From Lama guanicoe (Eukaryota), in assembly GCA_013239625.1 (NCBI GenBank), contig MU053934.1:7895352-7959351 (forward strand): 64,000 nucleotides of DNA. The letters are read 5' to 3'. The notes below the pieces were generated by a model, which saw only the letters and a program-made list of their open reading frames with translations, was not told where the DNA came from and ran no database searches. Below, one piece after another: positions 1 through 11,937 of the stretch (the first letter of the stretch is position 1; each line of letters starts with the position of its first letter). Position numbers and translations under genes: made by a program.

Positions 1-550
1 ACATGAAAACAACCTAATTGTCCACCAACAGATGACTGGATAAAGAAGTTGTGGTATATTTATACAATGGATACTACTCAGATATAGAAAAGAATAAAAT
101 AATGCCAATTGCAACGTGGGTGGACCTGGAGATCATCATTCTAAGTGAAGTAAGTCAGAAAGAGAAAGAAAAATGTCACATGATGTCACTTATATGGGGA
201 ATCAAAATAAAAAAAGACACAAATGAACTTATTCACAAAACAGAAACAGACTCACAGAGAAAACAAACTTACGGTTACCACGGGGGAAAGGGGGTGGGAA
301 GGGATAAATTGGGAGTTCAAGATTTGCAGATACTAACTAGTATACATAAAATAGATAAGCAACAAGTTTATACTGTATAGCACAGGGAACTATATTCAGT
401 ATCTTGTAGTAACGTATAACGAATAAGAATATGAAAAGGAAAATATGTATGTATATGGATGACTGAAATAGTATGCCGTACACCTGAAATCGATACAACA
501 CTGTAAACCGACTATACGTCAATAGAAATTTTAAAAAGGAAAAAAAAGAA
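1..550 (+). mobile_element. LINE-1 3' end (ORF2 C-terminal remnant, 3' UTR, A-rich tail)
   Basis: Typical L1 3' sequence (gatgactggataaagaagttgtggtatat...atcattctaagtgaagtaagtcag...tatagcacagggaactatattc) ending in an A-rich tail at ~530-550; explains ORF 51..380. Confidence 0.9.
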
Positions 551-1244
551 CACAGGCCCTGGTACCAGGCAGTCCTGGAGCAGAAGCCACACGCCTCCAT
601 CCATCTCCTCTGTAGCCCCTCAACTTCTCTGCATCCCTGCTGCCTCGTCTATAAAATGAAAATAGTAATTACTTTTTCATATGCAGGAAGTGAGGCAGAA
701 ACTTTTAAAAGGTACGTGAGGCCCCAAACTGTACCCGGAACATAGTACGTGCTCATCAGTGTCAGCAGAGAAGAGCGGAAGCAGCAACACTGCAGACACA
801 CAGACGAAGAGAAATGACAACAAATTAAACAAAAGGAAATTGCAGTAAAAGGTCAAAACCCAGAGAAAAAAGGTGGGAAAACAAAGCTCTTTGTGACTGG
901 AAGTGCGTCACATTCATACGTCACTTCTATTCATGGTTTTCTAAACGTAGTCCTTCCCTCCTTCTAAATGGTGTGGCTCTCCTAGATGGTATTGTGTTGA
1001 AAGTGAATTAATACTCACATATTACAAGAATCCAATCTATATAATGTACAAGCCTAGATTTGGGGTATTTTTAGATAAATATCCTTTACAAAAAGGTCAG
1101 CTCATTTGTGGTCTTTAAAGGAAGAAAGCAACTCTTCACTTCTTGTCTCAGTTCCTCATCTAAATTAAACAGCTTATTTTTTAAATCCCGGCAGGGGAAG
1201 GAGTCATCCAAGAAAAACTTCAGTGATTCTCAGCATCTACTGAC

Positions 1245-1454
1245 CTTAAACATCCACTCGATACACACCTGTAAAGAGGCTTTATTAAAGCAACTGTCTT
1301 CTTAGCAGCCAATGGTCGCCCAGTGGATTCCTGCTCTGGGCAGGCTCCACACTGCTGAGCATCCTCCTGGAGCTGGCTGTCTCCATGTGCCAGTCAGCTG
1401 GAGGGGTCACAGCATGGGCGCTGTAGAGATCGCTGCACAGGAAGAGGTTGTCAG
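1245..1454 (-). other. EFCAB6: Probable 5'-UTR internal exon of the gene driven by the 2.7-kb CpG promoter (EFCAB6 by synteny)
   Basis: Strong minus-strand acceptor (ttttgtcttctgtttccctgcccttttccag|, AG at 1456-1455) and donor (aag|gtcagt, GT at 1244-1243). Gene identity inferred from position only. Confidence 0.45.
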
Positions 1455-1518
1455 CTGGAAAAGGGCAGGGAAACAGAAGACAAAATGGACAGCAAATTTA
1501 ACGTCTCAGGTAAGCGTT

Positions 1519-1675
1519 CCCTTTTTTTTCTTTAGTCGGTTTACAATGCTGTGTTAACTTGTGGTGCACCGTATAGTGATTCAGTTATACATATACATGA
1601 ATATATATTCCTTTTCACATTCTTATTCATTATAGGCTATTAGAAGGTATTGCATATAGTTCCCTGTGCTATCCA
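1519..1675 (-). mobile_element. 5'-truncated L1 3' fragment with target-site duplication
   Basis: T-rich start followed by the reverse-complemented L1 tail; flanked by tcaggtaagc(g/a)tt at 1506-1518 and 1676-1688. Confidence 0.8.
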
Positions 1676-2519
1676 TCAGGTAAGCATTTCTTGACAAATA
1701 TCTAAGGCACCTATCTTGAGCCAAGCACTAAACTGAAGTTGTAGGGAAAGGGAGACTGCAAGTAACTGAAATAAATCCTTGCCCTCATAAAGCCGGCAGG
1801 ACGGCTGAGTGGGAGGCAAATACCATCACAGATAATCAAAGGGCCCTTGTCTGATTCACTTTCAAATCCCCAGAACTTAGCCAAGTAAATGTTTGTTGAA
1901 GACAATGGATATAAGAAAGAGATGAAGTATGTGGAATTCAAAAAAATTTTTACAGCATTTCTCTAAGTCCATTCATTTAGGGGCACATACAACTTGAGAA
2001 ATATTATTAAATCACTCTTCCTGAAAGTGAAGTAAGAATCCGAACAAGCCATCTTGAAAGGCAGATTTTTCAGGAGACAAGGAAAAGGAAATACGAGGTG
2101 GTTTAGCCAATACTCTTAAAACAACCTCTGAACATTTCACAGACTGCTTCCAGACAAAATTTCTGAGGGAGGCAGGGATAAATTGTGCAGTCTGAAGAAG
2201 AATAATGTTCCAGAAAGACCAGAGGTTCTGACTTGAGAGAGAAGTGCTGAGTCTGAATCCTGGCGCTGCACCTTCCTAGTTATGTGATTTGGGGACAATT
2301 CCCTTCACCCCATAGGGTTCAAGTCGTTATCTGTAAGGCAGAGCTAACATTCAAAAGATTGCTGTGGGGGCAAATGAACTAAGGGACATGAAACATTGTG
2401 TAAAGTGGAGCGATGTGACCCTCAGAGACGCAGGGAGAGAGGTTCACCCCTTCCACGTTGTGTGTAGTCGGTCTTCCCCACGGAAATAGGACGGTACTAG
2501 TCACTGCAAGAGCCCGAGA

Positions 2520-3200
2520 GCCGACAACGGCTCCTGGCAGAGGCAGGCGCGCCACACACACACACGTGTGGAACGAGCAAACGCGTCACCGGTCCTATGC
2601 CACGGAGGAGGGGAAGCTCCGCGTCCCGGGTTTGTGAGACCCCCAGAGCTGCCCGCCGGGGTCTTCCTCGGCCCCCCGGGCTCGCGCGCGCTCGCCGAGG
2701 CTGCGCCACCTTACCCCGGCCCCTTTCTCAATCCTCCGCCTCGTGGGGCGACATCCGCGCGCGCGGACCCCAGGGTCCCCTGCCGCAGAGGCCCAGCCCA
2801 CTAGGCGTCGCTAGGACGCTGTTGCCTGAGCGACGACGATACTCGCTGATGATTGGAGAACAATCCGCACCCGGCAAGAAGCGGAGCGCTGATTGGCCAA
2901 GTCGACGGCGGCGCTGTGACAGCGGAGAGGCGCGGCCGTGCCCGCCCAGTGGCTCCGCTCCCGCGGAAGGAACTTCCGCCGGAAGTCCTTTCCCGGGGAG
3001 CTCGGGAACTTGTCCGGGGTTGGGGCAGCGGGCGTCGTGGAAGCGCGTTTCTGTTAACGTGGCCGCCGCGCGAGCTGGGTTGGACGGGTCCCACAGAACG
3101 GCTTCGGGCCGCGTGGCCACGGGGAAGCCAGTCCCTTCCTACAAAGGAGACTCCTCACCTGTAAAAACCAAGTGTACCTACTCGGAGCCTGGTGTCAGGT
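2520..3200 (-). promoter_or_regulatory. EFCAB6: CpG-island promoter and non-coding first exon (EFCAB6 by synteny)
   Basis: Dense CpG; minus-strand donor ggg|gtaagg (exon end 2715); two CCAAT boxes (ATTGG on + at 2852-2856 and 2892-2896); ETS palindrome 2972-2986; X-box-like GTTGCCTGAGCGAC 2821-2834. EFCAB6 lies downstream of SULT4A1 on the same strand in mammals. Confidence 0.7.
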
Positions 3201-3499
3201 TGAGGGGAGGAATGTGTCCAAATCCCTGACCACGTGCTGCGCCCGTCCTAGATGTTAGCCCTTAATGGTGATTGCTGCATTAATTAGTGTGTCTGTGTCC
3301 TGCTGGCCCCTCCAGGAGACCCAGTGAAGGCAGCACTGCATTGCTTTGCCCACCCCTGTATTCTCATCCCCTGCCGCGCCGGCACATAGGTAGTTCCGTA
3401 GATAGTCACCAAATGAGCCAACCCTCACCCACACTCACAGGCTGAGTGGAAGCTCAAGTCATGTCGATGATAATAATAGCAATAATAGTAGTTGTCACT

Positions 3500-3665
3500 G
3501 GCCCTTTGCAATCACTTCCCTTACCAGGCATTCATCTAAGCACTTCACGTGTTATTTAATCATTTTTAAAAATCTTCATAATAGCCCCACAGCCCTACAA
3601 GGGAGGTATTATGGTTATTCCCATTTTACAGATAGGAAACGGAGGGAGGTTGTCTCACAACCACT
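3500..3665 (-). mobile_element. MIR SINE fragment
   Basis: MIR core-like cccattttacagataggaaacggaggg. Confidence 0.6.
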
Positions 3666-3781
3666 TTGGCCCCATCCCTTCTTTTGCTCTTGTTCCAAAA
3701 GATGAAGGGTTGCTTTTCACAGAGGCCAGTTCCGCCACTTGTGTCCTAAATCCTATCCCCGTTTGCCTTCTCTGCTTATGA

Positions 3782-4276
3782 CAGCAGTTCTCAAAGTGTC
3801 GTCTGGGAACCCCTGGGTGTCCTAAGACCATTTCAGAGAGTCCATTATTGTCAAAACTATCTTCAGAGTAATACTAAGATGTTACTTGCCTTTTCACTCA
3901 AATTTCCTCATAAGTGTACAGTAGGGTTTTCCAAGAGCTACATAATGTGTGATACTGCAACAGATTGAATGCAAAAGACAGGAGAATCCAGCTGTCTTCT
4001 CTTAAGCCAGATATTAAAGAGATTAGTAAAAATATAAACTTTCTTTTCACTAATTCTTTTTGTTTTGGAAAACATAATTGTTCATAAAAATGTTAATATG
4101 TAATGGTTTGTTGTTATTTTAAATGAATTAGTAAACAAATATTTAAATTGTTTATCAGTTTTATTGTCTAGTATGGTAAATAGTGATAGATACAGCTCAC
4201 AAAAACAAAACCTTTTGGGATCCTCAGTACTTTTCAAGGGTGTAGATGGATCCTGAGGGTTAGTCCTGAGACCACA
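3782..4276 (+). mobile_element. hAT-Charlie family DNA transposon remnant
   Basis: Starts cagcagttctcaaagtg..., continues gtcaaaactatcttc...taatactaagatgttacttgcc, ends ...tgagaccac; recognised as a Charlie-type non-autonomous element (subfamily not certain). Confidence 0.7.
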
Positions 4277-7200
4277 AGGGCTTAGGCTTTTGCCTCTTTC
4301 ATAATAGCCAACAATCTCATTCATTCACTCATTCACTCACTCTGTCTATCTCTGTCTCTCTTTCACTCCCTCCTTCCCTCTTGCATTATGCTCTGGTATT
4401 TCACATCTTTAACAAAAAAATATGCCTTTCTAGTTTCCATGCTATTCCTCTGCTCCCCTTTAACCCACTTCCCAGTAGAGTTATCTACACACGCTGTCTC
4501 TCTTTCAGTTACTGTTCACTCTTGACCAGTCTTACCAGAGGTGTGGCTCTATTCCCTGATATCTGGTCAATTTTCATAAATATTTCTGAACTTGACCTTA
4601 CTTGATCTCTCAATGGCAGTCAACCCAGTTAATCACTGCTTCCTACCTGAAACTCACTCTTATCAGCTACTGTAATATCATACAGTCCCAAGAGGTCATA
4701 CTAAATCACCAACTGCTCCATTCTCAGGCCTCGCTGGTAATTTCCCCCTATGTATGGCCTTTGGGCATTAGAGTCCCTCTCACTCTGACCTACGTGGTCC
4801 TCTTACACTTATTGCCAGCTTTGACACTTCCACTGGTATGTATCAAAGATCACTCAGACTTCAGTCATCCACATAGCCCCATCCCACACCCCCACCAATC
4901 TCCTTAAGAGCATCTTCACTCCAAAGTATTTTCCCAGCTCCTGGAAATTTTTCACTTCCATATGAAGAGTTAATTTAGTTTTTTTTTAAAAAAACAAGAC
5001 TCTAAGTTCACCTCACTTTTTTTATTGTCTCCGTAAAAGCCCATAAAGTCTATTAGATGAGGCTTGATCACTGGTCAGACCAGAGTTCTGTAATGTGACA
5101 GTGGCTCCGTGGAGGAGGTGGTAGGAGATAGCTGTCCTCCTTGACCACACTTCCAAAGAACACTGACGCCTTCTTAGATGCCCGGTAGTGGGTCTACGTT
5201 AACAGGGGTGAATCCATTACCTTGTCCAGGATACCATTCAGCACCGCTGAAAAAACCAGTAACACTCACTGCCCAAGAGAATCTGCTGCTCAGAACCTTT
5301 GATGACAGTCTGGAGATGCACACCACGGGGGGGGGGGGAATAATTGTTATACACCTATGACATCCAGCAGACAGCTCGTTTCCTCAGTAACCAAGGAGAA
5401 ACTCAGGGGTCCTAGGGAGCTGTGTCTGTCCCCGGGGTTCTGAGTACTCATGGCCACGTTTTCACTGCGATCCAGTACCCCTTGGAGACTAGGCTATAAG
5501 ATCAAGCCTGCACTTATCTCGCGGTAATTAGTAATGATGTTGTAAGTGGAAGCAATGCCTTCACGTGGAGAAATAAGCAGCAGGAACTGATTAACCCCGC
5601 AGAAGTCGAGTGCTGGTTTCTACCTTGTCTATTAATACAGACGGGAAGAGCGAGCACATGACAAGGATACAGACGCCTCTACAGGGAGGTGGAGAGCGTC
5701 CCTGGGAAATCTGCTAGGAGAGATTTCTCTGACTGCCATCCTTCTGGTGGCCTCACAAGATGGGGGCTGGACTCTCCTGAGTTGTCTTTAGACAAAAATT
5801 AAATTAAATTAAAATAAATAAGGTGTAAGTCACTCTTTTGGAAAAGCCACCACAGTTATTTTTTCTTTACTAAAATAGATGCTTTCTCTCATGGACATTT
5901 ACCTTGACAGATGATGCAGCTGCTCGTTTTAGTTCAATCAGCCAGAACCTAAGTTGCACATTTTAAACTTTATCACTACAAATAATTGATTATTGTTTGT
6001 AAACAGAGAGCCATTTTCCTGCCGATTTCAGGGTCGTCCATGGAGAGACCAGACGCGGGCTCGGAGCAGCACGTCCTGCGAGTCTGTCCCCTTTAGGGCG
6101 CCAGTGGGCTAGGAAGCTCTCCATTCCCCTTATTTGTTATCGGTTGTCTCCTTCCACGAAAACAGGAATCAAAATTCCTTATCTTACCACTGAACATGAT
6201 TCCATGGCGTAGGATACTGGTGTTTAGAATTTTAATGAATCCTGCCCTCCAAACATTATCTTGCAGCAATCTGAGAAGAATGCCGCCCTCCCTGCCACCT
6301 CCGGAACAAAGGAGCAGTAATAAAGTACCAGTCTGGGACACTCGGGCAACTAACAAACCCGTGACAACCACAAGTAATTCTCCTTGCTGAGAGCCAGGCT
6401 CTTGCAACAGCTTGTCGTTCGTGCTGTTTAGCATTTAATTTGCCTTTAGTTAGGTAACGAGCATTTATTGATTACCTGATAGGAATGGAGCGCCTGCTAA
6501 ACACAGGATGGGGACAGAGTGATGAATGAGTCTACTTGGGGCTGAAAATGTATACTTTGGAAAGGAGTCTTGAAAACGGGTACCAAGTGTTTTCTTAACG
6601 AGTGGAAACCAATATCCTATTATAGGGAGTTATTACTCTTTCAGAATTCACGGTTCTGACTCCTGGCACATTCTATTCTAAGGAGAAAGGTACTTGTCAC
6701 ATCTTGTCTCATGGTGAGAGTGGGGACACCCCAGTCACTCACTCTCTGGGCTAAGGAAGTTTCCAGCCTTCCCTTTCTCTGGAAAGCCCCAAGTGTGGGA
6801 GGGACCCAGGAGAGAAGTAGCCACCAGCCACTGAAAATCAGGCCTTCTGCCACCACGGCAGCCCTCCTGATGTCTTCGGTAAGCGTGGATGCCTGGGTCT
6901 GCACAGGACGACAGTGTCAGTGAGCTAAATTCACTCATGATGGCCTCGTGGAGGTTGAGTTTTGAGGCCAATATGAGGCAGGTGGTGGACGTGAATTGGC
7001 AACACTTAGAAATGGCCAGGAAGGCTTTCCAGGAGGGCAAAATGATCCACCAAGATTGGGGAAGAGAGCATGAGGTGTGAAGGTCAGGGCCTCGGGGTGA
7101 GCAGTGTGGCCCGGCCAGAGAGGGCCCACGTGGCAAGTCACAGATGCTGCGTGTGCAGTCTGAGACTTGAGGAGACCAGGGGAGGCTGAGCTCAGTGAAC

Positions 7201-10200
7201 AGTGGAAACATTCCGACCATCCACACGTCACTGACCCTCTCACCTGAGCTAACTTCCTAACACCAGGGAAAGTGAAAGAGACATAGTCTTAACCTCAAGA
7301 AGCAGATGGTCGCTGGGCGCGGGGCACGTTAGGAGAGGCACAGCAGCGGGGAGGAGACATCCGGGGGTTCAGACCATGGCTGTGCTGAGCTTCCAGCTTA
7401 AATCAGGGCTGAGTTGGGGAGCAGCAATCCAGGCAGAGGGAACAGCCTGAGTGGGGCACAGAGGCGCAAAGAGCCAGCAGTTATTGAGCAGAGATGGGCT
7501 CTAAGTTATCAACTATATTTGAGTAAAAAAAAAATTTCTGAAATGACATGTACTATGGGTTATAAAGGGAAGAAATGAAGGACAGGAAAAATAGGGGAGG
7601 GAGAGATTTTAGCCAATTCTCTTAAGTTTTTTGAGGGTGCAAAAGACTGCAGAAGAGAGTCTTGTTGGCTGTTGGGGGACTTTCCTTCTGCAAAGATGGC
7701 CTTGCTCGCAATATTTTAAGACTACTGTTCCCAGCTGGTGCCCAACACCACAGATCTATGTAAAGATGACAACTTTCAAGAGGATAACATGCATTTTCTG
7801 GTTGATTTTTAGATTTTAAACACATTTAGCATTCTCTGGTTTTTAAAGGATGCTTTTAATAGAGCACAGATTCCTCCCGTCAATGGTGAGGGGACAGATT
7901 TAAGGACTGCAGCTCAGACATCCAGTGCCAACTAGCTTTCAGGGATCCAAGTGTGAGAATCAAGTTGTCACTTGATGTGTGGATTTGGCAAAGGCTCAGA
8001 ACGCCTTGGAGATGGTGGTTGTGGGCCCAAGCTATGTGACAGGTGCTTCTGTAACTAATTGTCTTTGCCCTCATTGGCGAAGTCCATCACTTGCTAAAAC
8101 TCTACGATCTCCCCCAGTCATCAGCTCCTTTCTGGCTGAGCTGATAGACAGTCTGACCACTCAGGAGTCGCAGAATATTTGAGCTGGGTGGAATTTCAAG
8201 ACGCCTGATCTGAGACCTCCTCATTAGGAGATAGAGAGGGGTCCCACCAATAGTGGCGGAGCTGGGATTAGAACCGGTTGGGTGACTCATTTGTGTGCAT
8301 CCTATTTCTTCCCACCTGGCATGCTCCTCTCGGGCCCCCGCCCTGTCCGCATGCCACCTGCTTCCAGACCCATTTCATGCCCTATTTCTTACACAAAGCA
8401 GTCTGCCTGCTGTCCCTAAAGTGCCTTTTCTGGCTTGGAACATCCAGAGTGCTGGCTCTCTGTACCACCCCTCCTGTTCCCGGCTGAGGAGGTGGGACGC
8501 CCGCATAGGTCTTTCTTGGGAAGACACAGCCTCGAGGGGCAGGACCGGAAGCAGTGCACAGAAGGGCCACGGCAGATGGCTTTCAGAAAAAAAACAAAAT
8601 CCACTCCAACAATGAAAGATGCCACTCACTCAGCAAATATTAGGCGCTGATTATATGCCAAATTCCGACCTACGGAAAGACACAGCATGGTCCCGCTTTC
8701 AGGGTATCACTGTCCACATAGGGAGACAAATGCAGAGCAGTGAGGCGGCGGGAAAGCAGGGGATGCCGGAGAACAGAGAGATGTTCACCAGGTGAAGGCA
8801 GGGCGGGGCATCTCAGGCGAGGGAGGCCAGAGATGAGGGCAGCCCTGGGCTGGGGTCTGCAGAAGTGACCAGAGAGGACCGCCAGCAATAGAATGGCTGT
8901 CCCACGAGATGGTGAGTTTGTTGGGGACTGGATGTCCAACTGCCAGGAACTGGGTAAGGCTGGACCATCTGGCCAACATACCTTCCGAGTCTGAAAGTGC
9001 TCATTCTGCCGTGAAGCGTGGGAGATGATGCTGTGTGGGTAGGGCTGGGACCAAACTCTATGGGAGAACTGGAGCTGTAGAGCCGAGTCCTCAGGGACAC
9101 TCAAGGCCTCCCTCCACCCATTACAAACAGCAGCCACCGCTCAGAAAGGTGGTAAAACTGTCCCACACTTGGGACCTCCTGGGACAGGAGGTCCTTGCCT
9201 GTATCCACAGGGCTGAGACTGACATCCAGGACCCAGGGACATCTCAGTATGGACTGAGGAAGTTGGCTGTCGCTTGTGACTCGGCCACTAGGGGTCGCTC
9301 ACCAGCAGTGAATTTTATTTATGCTTTCAAAGCCACTTAAATCTTGTTATGACCATCCCACAAAGTAAGCAGGACGAAGATTGCCACCACTGTGCAAATA
9401 TGACACTGGATCAGGAAAATGTAGTGGCTCACCTGCTTTGGTGGGAAGGCTCTCCTAGGACTAAGGAGAAAACAGTGCGTGGAGGGGAAGATGCGTCCCG
9501 AGAAGCAGAGCATCAGAGCCAGGAAGGGGGCACAGGGCCGGTCCCGCCTGGTGAGGAGCTGCCGTCCACCCTGCTGTTGGGGAGTAAAACCCTCTGCTGG
9601 TCCCCAAAATACTTTCTGGAATCTTTTTGGCCTGTGAAGTCAAAAGGCCAGGCAAACACTGACTCACTGACATTCACAAATTCTGTGGTGGTGGTTTTGT
9701 AAAATCAGCAACCTGTCCTCTGTCACCTTCTCCATCTGTCCAGACAGTGCTCACCTCCCGGCCCCACAAATTCCACCTACACCCTGATGCTACCCCAGCC
9801 CTGCCTCTGATTCACTGACTCTACCTTTAGTTTCCATATTATTTTAGGTGATTTGTAAATGACTGGGGAGCAGACCTCCTGGGACACAGCAAACTGGAAA
9901 TTCTATTCACTAACCTGGGGTCTGGGAGCCTAGGGTCACCCCAGGTACCAAAATAAACTCTAGGATTTCACCTGAGACTTCAGGGAACTAGTCCATTTGA
10001 AAATAAACTTGACTTTCCAGAAAGGCCAAGCTCTACCAAGTAAAACAATGTCCTGGACCTTCCCACGAGGACTCGGGAAATGCAGTCAGCTGGCTGGGTC
10101 CCTGACACTCTGCCACCCACCATGTCGAAAGGGGACCTTCCAAGATAGAGGCCAAGACCCCGGGCCCCGGGGGCACCAGAACCTCTCCCTGCTCTTCTCC

Positions 10201-10419
10201 TTCCCCAACCCTTCCTTTCACTGCAGCTTAAAAGACATACCAAAGGCGGGTGGACTAACAGCGAGGGGAAGTCAACCCTTGGAGTGACACAGCCAAACCC
10301 AGCTCGGGGCCAGGATCTTCTCAGCTCCAGGGGTGGGGGTCAGCGGGGCTACTCTCGTCGCCCTGAAACGCTCAGGGGACCACGGGGGCCCCTTCCCCAC
10401 CCGTCAGCACAAGCTGGAC

Positions 10420-11824
10420 ACAAGGCATGGGACGTGTCTTTATTAAAGACGCAAGCAAGCACAGAAGTACCACGTGTGGCGCTCAGTAAGACCCATACAG
10501 TACTAAAAATAGAAAAATAGAAAAGAAATTTCACAGAAAGCAGCCTCCCTCGCAGATACACAGAAAAAGTGCTGCCAAGCCCACCGCAGCGCCACGTACC
10601 ACCGGCCCTGTTCAAGCTGCTCTCAACAAATAACAAAGTGTACATCTGCCCTTTGCAAAGTCAGCATGCACAGCAGACCCCTTAGACAGCGGTGACCCCT
10701 CTGACCACCACTCCGGGCACCTCCCAGCCACGTAAGCAGCCAAGACAGCCCAGTCCCACCGCGGCGGCAACCTGCGTGCCCGCCGGCCACCGGCCCTGCT
10801 GCTCACCTGGCCGTCTCTGTCGCTTCTCCAGCAAAATGTGGGCCAGTTAATGAAGCAGGTCGGGGGTCGATGACAAGCCCACCTCCGCTTCCTTGGATAC
10901 AGTGGGGTGACATCGCCAGCCCCATCTGGGTGAGACAGGCTGCTCAGCTTGCAAACCGGGTCTCCGTGGCTGAGAGCTGCAGACTCAGGTGGAACAACTG
11001 ACTGGCAAAGACCCAGGAGTTCTAGAATTGACTACCAGCATCTGGTTGCCAGCGTAAGCAGGTTTCAGCTTCAGGGGATGAAAGTAAGACGGCGGAACAA
11101 AAACCCGGGTTCCAAGTGGACTCAGTGTCTCTGTGGCGGGGTCTCCAGTCTCGGCATCGGCGTTCCGCTGGGTTCCCTGTATGAGCGCGCGCCAGGCTCT
11201 CCGGCCGCAGGGCATCCTCTCTGACATCGCCCTCGTGAGCAGTTCCCGCTGCATTTTAGGGAGGTGACTGAGACCTGAACTCCACCAGGAGAAACACGTC
11301 CCCCCACACCCAGCTCACCCTTGTCCTCACCTGCATCTCAGAACCAGGCGAGAACCGAACGGCTGTGCCTTACAGACTAAAACTACAAAAATAAAGAGTC
11401 AACCCTGAGATCCTTCTACTGTTTGGGTGTGGCTCGCTCCTGAGTCCCCTCGGAAATGAACTTTTATTTGGTTTACTGACATTTATTTAGATTTCCAGTG
11501 AAAAGCTCTATAAAATACAATAAATAATGTGGGTTGTAAAAGGTAGACATTCTAGTTGCATATGTCACAGACTTGAGACCCATGGGACAGGCCGTCAGAA
11601 CTGCAATCTTTATAATCAGACATGTATACTTCAAATTCCAAAGGCAAGACAGCTGCTCTGGGTCAGAAATACTCCCATTTCCTCTGATTTCTCCAGCGTT
11701 TCCCTCCCCCCACCCCGGGCTTCACTCTGCTTCCAGAGTTTGTCCAGCAAGTAACAAATAAGTGCAAACGGGACTTTAGCTATAGTGTCGGGGACCATGA
11801 GCATGCAAGTTTGCTGTTGTTTGA
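10420..11824 (-). other. SULT4A1: SULT4A1 3' UTR (distal end approximate)
   Basis: Follows the TAA at 11827-11825; AATAAA on the minus strand at 11487-11482, 11468-11463 and 10444-10439. Confidence 0.75.
10439..10444 (-). terminator. SULT4A1: Distal polyadenylation signal AATAAA of SULT4A1
   Basis: TTTATT on + strand ~1.4 kb past the stop codon, followed on the minus strand by a GT-containing stretch. Confidence 0.7.
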
Positions 11825-11937
11825 TTATAAATAAAAGTCAAACGTGAGGTCACACTTTCCCATCTTCTGTTTGTACACCAAGTCAAACTTCTCGTTCATG
11901 GAGACAGTGAAGATATCCTTCCATAGCCCGACTCTTC
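11825..11937 (-). CDS. SULT4A1: Sulfotransferase 4A1, exon 7 ((G)RVGLWKDIFTVSMNEKFDLVYKQKMGKCDLTFDFYL*)
   Basis: ttcag| acceptor; 113 nt; SULT dimerisation motif KxxxTVxxxE; TAA stop. Absent from the ORF track in this frame. Confidence 0.97.

Noticed and set aside
2568..3229. Overlapping ORFs up to 210 aa
   Set aside because: CpG-island artefacts, Arg/Pro/Gly-rich in several frames on both strands.
11365..11372. GTGCCTTA (miR-124 8-mer) inside the SULT4A1 3' UTR interval
   Set aside because: It is on the plus strand, antisense to the mRNA.
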